The notes beneath the pieces are model-generated. The model was given only the letters and a program-made list of their open reading frames with translations, was not told the origin of the DNA and searched no databases. A program made the position numbers and the translations under genes. A stretch of DNA of 55,970 bases from a virus. Shown one piece after another: positions 5,871 through 14,655 of the stretch (its first letter is position 1; each line of letters begins with the position of its first letter). The stretch is from positions 1 through 55,970 of the IMG/VR virus record IMGVR_UViG_3300045988_090085. One strand, given 5' to 3'.

Positions 5871-5900
5871 CTTCATAAAGGAGTATGTAATCAACGCGAA
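5871..5900 (-). promoter_or_regulatory. Promoter-like motif copy (long-leader class)
   Basis: Minus TTCGCGTTGATTACATACTCCTTTATGAAG; upstream of 5637..5834. Confidence 0.55.
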
Positions 5901-5924
5901 AAAAAAGAGTCCATGTAATAGTGA

Positions 5925-5952
5925 AGTGGCTCAGCAAACACGCCAAGCCACT
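5925..5952 (-). terminator. Hairpin after holin gene (AGTGGCT/AGCCACT, 7 bp)
   Basis: Read directly; 12 nt after the holin stop; followed on the minus strand by a remnant of the GAGTCCATGTAA family-B arm and a T8 tract. Confidence 0.45.
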
Positions 5953-5964
5953 AAACCATTTTGA

Positions 5965-6195
5965 TCATTTAGACTTATTACCGTCACCGTCGTAGTAATC
6001 CATACGATCGTGATACTGCTGTGTGCTTATACCCAGAATTATACCCAGGAACGCATCAATAGCAGTAATTGTACCTACCACCTGCTCGCCATAGGGAAGG
6101 TCCCAAATCTGTGCAAGTGCGAAGTACAATGTGCCGAGTGCAGGGAGCAGATACTGTGCAACCCACTTGAGTGCATCATATACCTTGTTACTCAT
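5965..6195 (-). CDS. Holin (Dp-1-like family pattern)
   Basis: 76 aa; VYDALKWVAQYLLPALGTLYFALAQIWDLPYGEQVVGTITAIDAFLGIILGIS gives 2 TM, typical of the Dp-1 type holin family as recalled; no search run. Confidence 0.6.
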   Translation of the reverse strand: MSNKVYDALKWVAQYLLPALGTLYFALAQIWDLPYGEQVVGTITAIDAFLGIILGISTQQYHDRMDYYDGDGNKSK

Positions 6196-6517
6196 CTGCT
6201 TTTTCCTCCTTTGGCGGGTGCGCCACTATATTGAGTTTAACATCTACCTCGTCCATGACCCTTTTAGCAGAGCCATTACCACCCATTTTCTGATAGGGCA
6301 CGTAGAGGTAGTCATGAAGATTTTCATACTCATCTCGAGTAATCCAATCCCCTCTCTCAAGATATGACATGCCCAGATATAATATTCGATCATGTGCAAG
6401 ACCAACGAGCATCTGATTCTTGACGTCTTTCATATCGGCAATTTTCGTAAAAAATGCCCAAAGACCGCTTGATGCCAGCACTGAGCACACAATCGTTATA
6501 ATTGATTCAACGCCCAA
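6188..6517 (-). CDS. Membrane protein (109 aa, N-terminal TM), lysis-module neighbour
   Basis: ORF track frame; TTG start 7 nt after AAGGAGGGG chosen over the RBS-less upstream start. Confidence 0.55.
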   Translation of the reverse strand: MGVESIITIVCSVLASSGLWAFFTKIADMKDVKNQMLVGLAHDRILYLGMSYLERGDWITRDEYENLHDYLYVPYQKMGGNGSAKRVMDEVDVKLNIVAHPPKEEKADE

Positions 6518-6531
6518 GTTTATACCCCTCC

Positions 6532-6915
6532 TTAAGATATCAACCTTTCCAGTTCGCCGGGGATCCATCTCCAAGCGTAATCGCCGTCTACAGTATAAGC
6601 TATTTTGAATAATTGCTCGCCATAGTCAGCGATGAAGTTGCAGACCCATTCCTCAGCCTCAATCCAATACTCAGGTTTTACCATTTGATGTATATCAGCG
6701 AGTAAGTTGAAGCTGATCATAGCACAATGCCCCAGCTCATGGATCAATACGTGGGTAAAGAAGCCACCAGTCAGTTCGCTCGACATATAAATGGTATATG
6801 TAGCGGGGTCTGTAGTAGCAACTGTCAGTCTACCTGTACGATCCACAAGTTGAGGATTAGTTGGGTGTACAATTACAATACGCCACAAATCCCCGTTAAG
6901 GTAAAAGGTATTCAT
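6532..6915 (-). CDS. Zinc metallopeptidase (HExxH; ImmA/IrrE- or SprT-like)
   Basis: HVLIHELGHC motif in a 127-aa ORF. Confidence 0.55.
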   Translation of the reverse strand: MNTFYLNGDLWRIVIVHPTNPQLVDRTGRLTVATTDPATYTIYMSSELTGGFFTHVLIHELGHCAMISFNLLADIHQMVKPEYWIEAEEWVCNFIADYGEQLFKIAYTVDGDYAWRWIPGELERLIS

Positions 6916-6927
6916 GGCGAGAATAAT

Positions 6928-7017
6928 TTAGACGATCATATTTTTAGCCGTAGGATTATTCGCGATCTGCGGATTACGACTCAGGAGAGTCATGGCAAAA
7001 TTGATCATGTTATTCAT
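6928..7017 (-). CDS. Possible micro-ORF (29 aa)
   Basis: Hand translation MNNMINFAMTLLSRNPQIANNPTAKNMIV*; GGAAGGA 11 nt upstream; overlaps the end of 7010..7468 by 8 nt. Confidence 0.25.
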   Translation of the reverse strand: MNNMINFAMTLLSRNPQIANNPTAKNMIV

Positions 7018-7468
7018 TTTGAGCGCCATCCTTCCTGGGAGCATTATCGGTGTTGAACTTAGGCTTGTATCCTGTAGCACGCTTCTGCGCCTTCTCTATA
7101 CGGTCAAGACGTGCCAGAACATCGCTTTGAAACTTACTTTGAGTTGATATATCGTTTGAGTTTGAATTTGAAACCGGCTCATTTTGTACCTCAGGAACAA
7201 ATGTTATAGTCTTAATTGCCCCGTTAGCTGTCCATGCTTTGGCATAGATTTTTGAATAGTCATTCGTTGGGAACAGACTTACACTACCGTCCATAGGTAT
7301 CTCATTGGGCGTAATCTCGTTTTCATTGTTCACGACACGTCCGCCCATACCAGTAACGTTAGGACGCTGCATAGTTTGCTGCATCTGGTTAACTGGCAGC
7401 TGATTGGGCATAACCGGATAGTAAGGGTTATAGTAGTTACCATAAGGATTTTGACCATTGTTCATCAT
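7010..7468 (-). CDS. Hypothetical protein (152 aa) with N/Q/P/Y-rich N-terminus
   Basis: ORF track frame trimmed to ATG 8 nt after AAAGGAG. Confidence 0.7.
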   Translation of the reverse strand: MMNNGQNPYGNYYNPYYPVMPNQLPVNQMQQTMQRPNVTGMGGRVVNNENEITPNEIPMDGSVSLFPTNDYSKIYAKAWTANGAIKTITFVPEVQNEPVSNSNSNDISTQSKFQSDVLARLDRIEKAQKRATGYKPKFNTDNAPRKDGAQNE

Positions 7469-7594
7469 AATAATGACTCCTTTCATGATGTTAAATTATG
7501 TTTGACTCAGAAGATTAGCGCATAGTGCACTGGACTCACCTCCACACAACCTCAAAACTGTAAAGATGTGCTTGTATTTATCAAACAACAGTTA

Positions 7595-8353
7595 TTACTG
7601 CTGGTCGATAGCTTTGTTAGAAATCCAACCACCGAGAGAGGGCACGTAGACCCATCCGGTGGCAACGTTAAGTTCCTGCCCGCCCTTAACCTGCGTAATG
7701 GCAGTGGAATCAGCGGAAGGAAGCTTGCGAATATTCCAGTTACCCTTCTTGATCGTTACCTTTTTGCAGTTCATTTTGATTGTTTTAGAACTGATTCCGA
7801 TAGCAGAAGGGGTACCGGGCTTGTCCGTGGTTTTGCCGTCAATTGTAATGCCAGGATTATCAGTATATGTAAGATAAGGGCACTTACCCCACCACTTCCA
7901 AGGTCTGAGTGCGAGCTTTGTCTTAACAACACCGTACTCGTGACCTCTCGCTTCGATGACTTCACCACCGCCGATATAAACTCCCACGTGACCACTCATG
8001 AATACGAGTACACCAGGAATGTCAGGCATAGTAGATATACCGCCCCTCTCGGAACAGTTAGCCCGCATCATATTTGCAGACACGTCCTGCGAGCTGTTAT
8101 ACTTGGGCGTAGATGTAGGGGTGTCCGACCAGAGATACCCCTTAATCAGACCTACACAATCGTGGACTCTTTTGCCGTACTGGGAGGGGAAGTTATTGTA
8201 AGCAGTCCCTTCCCATTTATAGAACGTAGGCCACTGTTTCTTCTTGGAAACGTACAGGGCTTCCGTTCCGATCTGACCGAATGTGCCATACCAATAGGGG
8301 AGACCCAACTGAGCCTTGGCGTATGCGACCAGACCGTAGTTTGTCTTAACCAT
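7595..8353 (-). CDS. Endolysin: NlpC/P60 cysteine peptidase + C-terminal SH3b-like domain
   Basis: DCVGLIKGY (catalytic Cys context) and GHVGVYIGGGEVIEA (His); C-terminal WNIRKLPS..GWVYV..GWIS; ATG after AAGGAG. Confidence 0.85.
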   Translation of the reverse strand: MVKTNYGLVAYAKAQLGLPYWYGTFGQIGTEALYVSKKKQWPTFYKWEGTAYNNFPSQYGKRVHDCVGLIKGYLWSDTPTSTPKYNSSQDVSANMMRANCSERGGISTMPDIPGVLVFMSGHVGVYIGGGEVIEARGHEYGVVKTKLALRPWKWWGKCPYLTYTDNPGITIDGKTTDKPGTPSAIGISSKTIKMNCKKVTIKKGNWNIRKLPSADSTAITQVKGGQELNVATGWVYVPSLGGWISNKAIDQQ

Positions 8354-8366
8354 TTTGAATTTCTCC

Positions 8367-8576
8367 TTATTCAGTAATTTCATCGTATGTCTTTTCAAAG
8401 ATGTCAGGTTTGCAGGGGTATTTTTCGCCGTTAACCCCGGTGATAATATAGTCACCAACAGAAGCCGTCATATCACCTTCAAGAGTGTGAATTATGATCT
8501 CTTTGTCAGTCTGATACGCTTCTACCACGACTGGCTTTTTGCGATACTTCTTTGCGATCGGATGATCAATGCACAT
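8367..8576 (-). CDS. Hypothetical protein (69 aa)
   Basis: ORF track frame trimmed to ATG after AAAGGAGG. Confidence 0.7.
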   Translation of the reverse strand: MCIDHPIAKKYRKKPVVVEAYQTDKEIIIHTLEGDMTASVGDYIITGVNGEKYPCKPDIFEKTYDEITE

Positions 8577-8593
8577 TGTATTACCTCCTTTCA

Positions 8594-9262
8594 TTATACT
8601 TTAAGTGCATAATTACCAGTTATGCCTATATACGTATCTTCATTGATAGTGAATACACTGCCTCTGGAAGGGCTCTGCATTCCGCCGTCAAGTGACATGA
8701 TGTGATTTGTTATCACGCCCGAAGCGGCGAATGTAAAGGGCTTAACGCAATATGATGCGAAATTTCCAACAGCTTCTTTTCCGTAATACTCAGAGCTGCC
8801 GCTTTTAGTGCCGTTTCCGGTGAACCAAATCAAGTATGAACCACTGGTATCTACCTCGATTCCAAGCTCGGTGCCATCGAACATATTCCCCGTATAAATG
8901 CCCATCATCCACGGCGTTGTTCCGCCTCCGACGCTGATTCCATCGACATCAGATGCAATATATAGAAATGGGTCATTGGTAAGCGGAACCGACTGCGTTG
9001 ACCAAGCCGGAGATTGGTTGCCCGTTTTAGTCGAATAGGTGATATTAGAACCTGACACTTCGATTACAATTGGCTTGCTGTTGATGTTTTCGGCAAGGGG
9101 CGTAAGCGTGCAACCTTTTTCGGTATAAGATATGCTCGCGACCGTTGTGAGTAAATCTTCTACCGAGTGGAGCCAGCTCAGAATTTTAGTAATATAATTC
9201 GCCTCTGTGCGATCCTCTTTGCTCATGCCTAATGTGGGCTGATATTTGTAGAGTTTTCCCAT
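8594..9262 (-). CDS. Tail-fibre-module protein (222 aa)
   Basis: ORF track; AAGGAG RBS; position distal to the fibre gene. Confidence 0.6.
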   Translation of the reverse strand: MGKLYKYQPTLGMSKEDRTEANYITKILSWLHSVEDLLTTVASISYTEKGCTLTPLAENINSKPIVIEVSGSNITYSTKTGNQSPAWSTQSVPLTNDPFLYIASDVDGISVGGGTTPWMMGIYTGNMFDGTELGIEVDTSGSYLIWFTGNGTKSGSSEYYGKEAVGNFASYCVKPFTFAASGVITNHIMSLDGGMQSPSRGSVFTINEDTYIGITGNYALKV

Positions 9263-9329
9263 TTTGATTTTCTCCTTTCTTAGAATTTAAAGCAAGTCTT
9301 AGTGGGCTGGTACATTTTTAACTGTCCCA

Positions 9330-9815
9330 TTACCCAATCACCTCACTATCTGCAACTTCTACTGCTTCACCTATGGCATAAATCGGGAGAAGTATGCCCT
9401 CGAATGCAATTCCTCCTGTAACCAGCCCAGAACCGGAGGAAGATTTCTGAGCTAACTTAAAAGGGCTGGCTCCGTCGTCGGTCAGGATAATGCCAAACGT
9501 AGAAGGGCCTTTGAGATAGAATTTATTCTGACCACTGCGAATAGGGATACGGATTGCATCGCCCGCTGCAATAGTCAAATAGTTGCTATCGACTCCCGGG
9601 TCTACATCACTGTCGAGCATAACCTGAGCATCTTTATCAAGGTTTTTAATCCAAGCATAGCGAGGAAGTTTCTTAGGCTGTTCAATTGTTGAAACCTTTA
9701 TATCATACTCTGATGGAATGATGATTGGAGTCGCAACGTTGAGAACAGTGATCGTGTTTATAACGTCTTTTAAGGAGATGTCGATAGTGATATCTCCAAT
9801 ATTAGTATCTGCCAT
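9330..9815 (-). CDS. Tail-fibre-module protein (161 aa)
   Basis: ORF track frame trimmed to ATG after AAAGGAG. Confidence 0.6.
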   Translation of the reverse strand: MADTNIGDITIDISLKDVINTITVLNVATPIIIPSEYDIKVSTIEQPKKLPRYAWIKNLDKDAQVMLDSDVDPGVDSNYLTIAAGDAIRIPIRSGQNKFYLKGPSTFGIILTDDGASPFKLAQKSSSGSGLVTGGIAFEGILLPIYAIGEAVEVADSEVIG

Positions 9816-9829
9816 AAATATCACTCCTT

Positions 9830-11770
9830 TTAATTAGGTGTTATCTGGTGATCGGGCACGTCCGACAAGTCGATGTCTATGGTGGTCTGTCTTAAAACTA
9901 GAGGTCCATTTTTTGTACTAACCCAACCAGTTGCCATATCAGCAGCAAATTCGTAGTCGCTAAGGTCAAAGTCGGGAGCAGTGGGTACTGACCTATGAAG
10001 TGCTATAGATGTAGGGACGTTATACTCTGTGCCCGTCGGATAATTCATCTCAACATCAATTCTTCTAAAATCTCCGTAACTATCAAGAACGGGGGTTACT
10101 GTAAATTTCGAATTGGGAACTTGTGAAAAATCATAGTATTCGACCGGATAATCGCCCGCATTTTGAATTGAGGGGTTGAATATCAAATCCAATGGTATTG
10201 CAAATCCAGTATCGGATATTTGAGTATTCTTTTGGAACCAGTGCTCATGACCATCGTCGACCACTTTATCCCAATGCGACAATGCATCGTTCAATGCTTC
10301 TTGTGCCGGCGGGAACAATCGATCAACAACATCGTTTATTCTAAGTGATAGACAATTCTCCGGAGTATACGGATCCGGACGCCACGGTATATCACCACCG
10401 CCAGACCAGCTTTGTGTGTCGTATACACTCGTACCGGAGCTATCGGAGGGTTTATACTTAAACGAATAACTCGATTCGCTATATGCAACTGATAGTATTG
10501 GAACATTCTCGACAATTCTCTTATCATAGGTTGCACTCACGGGATCATAATTGAAGTAAACATCTACACGGCTCACCGTTTTAACGATACGTGTGACATT
10601 GTAATGATAATCTTGGTCCGACGAGATCGCAGATATCGGGTATGCATTTCCTCGTATAGCCGGTTGTATATTGCGGAGTCCTTCATTGCTTATCATTATT
10701 GTATCGTTATTTTTTACAGCCAATTCTTTTGAGGGCCGTATATATCTAAAACGTTTAGCGTCTAACGTTTTGGCTTCCCAATAACTAAACGTGCTGCCCC
10801 CGAGTGTCAAATGTTTAGGGTCTGTAGTCATCGGATCGTAATCTACGCCTTCTCGTTGATAACATTTATAGTATCCAACCGGCGTCGCAGCTTTCAGCAT
10901 ATCGGATACATCCATTTTGCCACGTAATGTCTGATGGCCTAAACCCATATTATTATAAATGCTTAGGACAACTTTAGTAGTCTGTATTTGACCATTTTTT
11001 ACACACATGTCGTATGGGACGACATTACCACTGGCATTAAATCGGCCGTCGTCAACGTATTGGGCTAGTGTATATGTCCAGTCTGGATCATCAGGCGCAT
11101 ATTGCAAATGGACTCTTTCAGCTTCCGCTTTAACTTCTTCGTATGGCGGATATATGTAATCCCAAACCTCGACACCATCAACATTTGTAAGGTTCGTGCC
11201 GAGATCCACAGTTTGAATATCCACATCAAATGATAATCCTTCATAATCGAAGTCAAAGTAAACCTGCTTAGAGGGTTCTGAGATATAGCCATAGTTGTTA
11301 TACTTGTTGTATTCGCCAGTATATGGGTCAATCGTTCGATCAAAATGATCAACATTAAATGTCATCGATTCGCCGCTCTCGCCGATAACAAGACCTTTTC
11401 CCAATCGCATGACCTTAATGGTATAGGTACCCGCCGGCAATTTCATACTAACATACGTTCCTAAAGTATTCGTCAAAGTAGTACCTCGATAATACGCAGA
11501 ACAATATATCAATGTGTCGCCGTTGTAAATGCCAATTATCGGACCATTATTTGCAGTATAAGGGATTCTAGAATAGTTATACTCAGAGCTCCCAGAAGAA
11601 TTAGGATCGTAATTCGCATTTCGTCCAGTTCGATATCTAAAATAAATAGTGACATTTGTTTTCATTTCCTGATACTGTCGCCACGAATGGTATATGCCGT
11701 ATTCGCTATAGGAATTATGCAGCGATATCAGGGATTGAAAAACTCGCCCTAAAAATTGTCTTCTGTTCAT
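9830..11770 (-). CDS. Putative receptor-binding / tail fibre protein (646 aa)
   Basis: Large ORF downstream of the Dit/Tal genes; assignment by position only. Confidence 0.5.
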   Translation of the reverse strand: MNRRQFLGRVFQSLISLHNSYSEYGIYHSWRQYQEMKTNVTIYFRYRTGRNANYDPNSSGSSEYNYSRIPYTANNGPIIGIYNGDTLIYCSAYYRGTTLTNTLGTYVSMKLPAGTYTIKVMRLGKGLVIGESGESMTFNVDHFDRTIDPYTGEYNKYNNYGYISEPSKQVYFDFDYEGLSFDVDIQTVDLGTNLTNVDGVEVWDYIYPPYEEVKAEAERVHLQYAPDDPDWTYTLAQYVDDGRFNASGNVVPYDMCVKNGQIQTTKVVLSIYNNMGLGHQTLRGKMDVSDMLKAATPVGYYKCYQREGVDYDPMTTDPKHLTLGGSTFSYWEAKTLDAKRFRYIRPSKELAVKNNDTIMISNEGLRNIQPAIRGNAYPISAISSDQDYHYNVTRIVKTVSRVDVYFNYDPVSATYDKRIVENVPILSVAYSESSYSFKYKPSDSSGTSVYDTQSWSGGGDIPWRPDPYTPENCLSLRINDVVDRLFPPAQEALNDALSHWDKVVDDGHEHWFQKNTQISDTGFAIPLDLIFNPSIQNAGDYPVEYYDFSQVPNSKFTVTPVLDSYGDFRRIDVEMNYPTGTEYNVPTSIALHRSVPTAPDFDLSDYEFAADMATGWVSTKNGPLVLRQTTIDIDLSDVPDHQITPN

Positions 11771-11776
11771 TTTGGA

Positions 11777-12088
11777 TTACCCCACATAGAATCCACTGAA
11801 TGAAACATATCCAGTATAGAGACCATCTTTATCGTAGAAATTTAGGGAATTAATCTGCTCATTTGGGGTCCCTTTATTACTAAATGAAACGCCAACTTTT
11901 AAGTCATAAGCATCATCTTTCCCAACATTATAGTGTTCAGTTATCAAACCGTTGTAATTGTCCACATCGGAATACTCAACAAGATCAGGCTTGGGTAATT
12001 CAACGATAGATGTCGATGACGTGGCACTACTATCAGAAGATGATGTTTGGCCGATCATCATAATTCCAGCTGCAGTAGCAATATCCAT
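11777..12088 (-). CDS. Baseplate-module protein (103 aa); N-terminus paralogous to 12090..12458
   Basis: ATG after AAGGAGG; MDIATAAGIMMIGQTSSSDSS versus MTFAEAAMIMMSGGSTPPAPS. Confidence 0.6.
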   Translation of the reverse strand: MDIATAAGIMMIGQTSSSDSSATSSTSIVELPKPDLVEYSDVDNYNGLITEHYNVGKDDAYDLKVGVSFSNKGTPNEQINSLNFYDKDGLYTGYVSFSGFYVG

Positions 12089-12089
12089 A

Positions 12090-12458
12090 TCATCGACCTC
12101 CTTTAGTGTTAAACTGGAACCTATAAGTTTTATTATTGTCTTTGTCAATTATGCCTACGACCTCTTCATCAGCAGTGTCAACATCGTCAATGATAAGCTG
12201 CCAAATACGGTATCGATAGGCATACGCGTTTTTACCGTCGCTGGTTGTCCAAGTAATATAGTAGGTTATAACTAAGCTATCGGCGGGCACTTCACGTGTT
12301 TCGCCGTTAATATATTCACTACCATTATATTCAGTATCACTGATCGTAGTAGAGTAGTTATAATACGTTAAACCACTTGGAAACGTAGGCGGACCAGATG
12401 GTGCCGGAGGAGTTGATCCACCGCTCATCATTATCATAGCCGCCTCAGCGAAAGTCAT
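12090..12458 (-). CDS. Baseplate-module protein (122 aa)
   Basis: ORF track; overlaps the upstream gene by 4 nt. Confidence 0.65.
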   Translation of the reverse strand: MTFAEAAMIMMSGGSTPPAPSGPPTFPSGLTYYNYSTTISDTEYNGSEYINGETREVPADSLVITYYITWTTSDGKNAYAYRYRIWQLIIDDVDTADEEVVGIIDKDNNKTYRFQFNTKGGR

Positions 12459-12700
12459 TCTGAGACCTCCTCTATGACAGATTTGAAATTATACCGCACG
12501 TTGCCTGTTCCGTCAGCTGTGATGGTCTGTTTGTATCGACCGCCTTGGAAATAGGCAACCACGGTGTTATCGTCGATTTTCTGGATCTTGGTCTCATTCT
12601 CAAAGAATAGCTGTTTGCCAGTAATGGCGACTACACCTACTCGAAGTCCCTTGAAAATCTGTTTAAAGGAAAACCGTTTCAGCACGCCTTCTAAATCCAT
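12455..12700 (-). CDS. Baseplate-module protein (81 aa)
   Basis: ORF track; AAAGGAGGG RBS. Confidence 0.65.
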   Translation of the reverse strand: MDLEGVLKRFSFKQIFKGLRVGVVAITGKQLFFENETKIQKIDDNTVVAYFQGGRYKQTITADGTGNVRYNFKSVIEEVSE

Positions 12701-12713
12701 AGCAAACCCTCCT

Positions 12714-14162
12714 TTACATTAAGAATGCCACTCCAACACCATCCGGAACGATATAGAACATGCCATAATTCTCGCCGATAGTAACTTTCTTGCCAGCAGC
12801 CATATTTTGAGCATATTCACTCGAATAGAAGTGTTGGGTCATTGTTTCTGGCGTCATTAAGCCAGGCTCGGAAAACGTATAAGAGTTGTTAGCGGGGTTG
12901 AGGAAGTCAATCGAAGTCTGAGTAATAACGAAAGTCTTGTCCATATTGTGTGGCGCTGACACAACTTCCATACTCTGACCAAGTTCTATCTTATCGACGT
13001 CCACATCAAGCAAACTTAAGTCGACTGCTTTGATTGTAAATGACATCGTTCCTGTACCACCGCCAAGCTGAATGATATTCAGGGCAGCCTGCTCAAGCTT
13101 ACTTCTATCTTCGATCGTATCGAAGTTTATAACCTTGTCGATAGGACCGGAATCGCCTTCTACGCCACCCTGGACATAATATTGTCTGTCTTTCAAATCA
13201 ACATGGGAGTCGAGCGGATCCTTACCGTTATCATTGTAGATATTAAGGCTGCCCGATCCGAGAGGTATGATGTTATTATACAGCTCATCGCCACTTATAA
13301 ATTCCTCAAAGTCGATCAGATTTTTTGCAAATTCTACTTTTTGTGTGCATGCCCCAGATGGAAGCTGACACAATTCGACATTGGTTATTACTCGGCCGTT
13401 CTCGTCAATTGACCACGACGGTATCATCGAGTAATTATAGTCTTCAATAATTCTATTTTGAATTTCTTCGAAGACTGTATCATAAGAGTCGCATCCAGCA
13501 ATATTGGCGTCAGTTCCGAGCGTGATATTAGAGACCATAAATGTAACCTTACGAGCCGCCGAGCACCGATAATTATACACTCCGATTATGTAATCGAGAT
13601 GCTCTTGTTTGGTCTTAGGCTGGACAGTCCATTCTTCTAGTACGTGGGTCTCTTTAAATGTCTCGATCTCATCACCTTTAGCTTGGATTTGCTTATCGAG
13701 TGTCTTAGCTGCAGCTGGTTGTTCATCTTCGTTTATAGCAGCTCGCTTAGTATTAAGAGCTGCAAGTTCTGTTTCCAGAGTGCCAAGAGTAGTTAAGTTA
13801 GCAGTGTAATCGCCACTTTGAATCCAATACTGGTAGGGAGCGAGACATATATCATTTAAGAACGCCAACGCTCCCTCACAAGTAATGACCTTATTTTGGT
13901 AGAAATCTCTTCGAATGCCGAAGACTCGACCAAACCAGACTATCTTATCGTCTCGCTTGATCATTATCTGGGTCTTCAGTTTCTTGAAATCGCCATACCG
14001 AGGATGCGAGTAAGGTATAGTAAGCGTAGCGTCGCCTGCCTGATCCACCTGAGCATTGAATGAACCAGCTGTGAGTACATAACCTTCCTCGACTTTATCG
14101 GGGGAATATACAAGAGCTGGTGTTGTGTCCAGCAGATCGAAATAAGCGTATACGCTATACAT
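12714..14162 (-). CDS. Tail-associated (Tal-like) baseplate hub protein
   Basis: 482 aa immediately after the Dit-like gene; N-terminal region resembles the siphovirus minor-structural/tail-endopeptidase N-domain (recalled pattern). Confidence 0.55.
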   Translation of the reverse strand: MYSVYAYFDLLDTTPALVYSPDKVEEGYVLTAGSFNAQVDQAGDATLTIPYSHPRYGDFKKLKTQIMIKRDDKIVWFGRVFGIRRDFYQNKVITCEGALAFLNDICLAPYQYWIQSGDYTANLTTLGTLETELAALNTKRAAINEDEQPAAAKTLDKQIQAKGDEIETFKETHVLEEWTVQPKTKQEHLDYIIGVYNYRCSAARKVTFMVSNITLGTDANIAGCDSYDTVFEEIQNRIIEDYNYSMIPSWSIDENGRVITNVELCQLPSGACTQKVEFAKNLIDFEEFISGDELYNNIIPLGSGSLNIYNDNGKDPLDSHVDLKDRQYYVQGGVEGDSGPIDKVINFDTIEDRSKLEQAALNIIQLGGGTGTMSFTIKAVDLSLLDVDVDKIELGQSMEVVSAPHNMDKTFVITQTSIDFLNPANNSYTFSEPGLMTPETMTQHFYSSEYAQNMAAGKKVTIGENYGMFYIVPDGVGVAFLM

Positions 14163-14172
14163 TTAACTCACC

Positions 14173-14655
14173 TCATAACATTTTAGTTTTACCGTCAAGA
14201 GTGTATTTATATGGGCCTACATCATAGTCAACGGTTATTTTACTGTAATGTATACTGGAACTTGAATCCCATTTGCTGACCCATACGCGTCCCTCATAGT
14301 AATAATTTGGATCATCGTTAAAGATAATCTTCTTCTTACTACCATTAAGGTACGCCATTACCGTAGAGAACATATCGCTCCATTCCTTAAACCCATTCTG
14401 GACAAGGAACTCGATCGATCCTGTACGGTTATTGTATACTGGTTTGCCTGAGACAACCTCGGATAAATCTATGACACCGTCAGCCCCCGGGATATCGACT
14501 GTGGAAGTCTTCTGCGTCGGGGGATTTATGACGGGTCTTGTCATAGGAACGAGGTGCCAGTCAATCCAAGAATTTTTTGACTCAGTCGCTGACTTAAACG
14601 TTACCGAATGGAAGTTATTGGCCGCGATCTGGTCTATCTCGTCTTTAGTAGGCAT
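14173..14655 (-). CDS. Distal tail protein (Dit-like)
   Basis: 160 aa directly after the tape measure (TAATG overlap); ..VDIPGADGVIDLS.. pattern and position. Confidence 0.55.
   Translation of the reverse strand: MPTKDEIDQIAANNFHSVTFKSATESKNSWIDWHLVPMTRPVINPPTQKTSTVDIPGADGVIDLSEVVSGKPVYNNRTGSIEFLVQNGFKEWSDMFSTVMAYLNGSKKKIIFNDDPNYYYEGRVWVSKWDSSSSIHYSKITVDYDVGPYKYTLDGKTKML

Noticed and set aside
7487-7594. Possible sigma-A-type promoter (TTGATA-N16-TACAGT on the minus strand) between the endolysin and the downstream gene
   Set aside because: It is a single weak match with no supporting conservation, and it is indistinguishable from chance in AT-rich DNA.
7568-8377. Long plus-strand ORFs in the track (e.g. 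7568..8377 at 269 aa, 15051..15932 at 293 aa, 25216..25995 at 259 aa, 26644..27138)
   Set aside because: All lie antisense to well-supported minus-strand genes (endolysin, tape measure, capsid). They lack GGAGG-type RBSs and have low-complexity, shadow-frame composition, so they are treated as non-coding.
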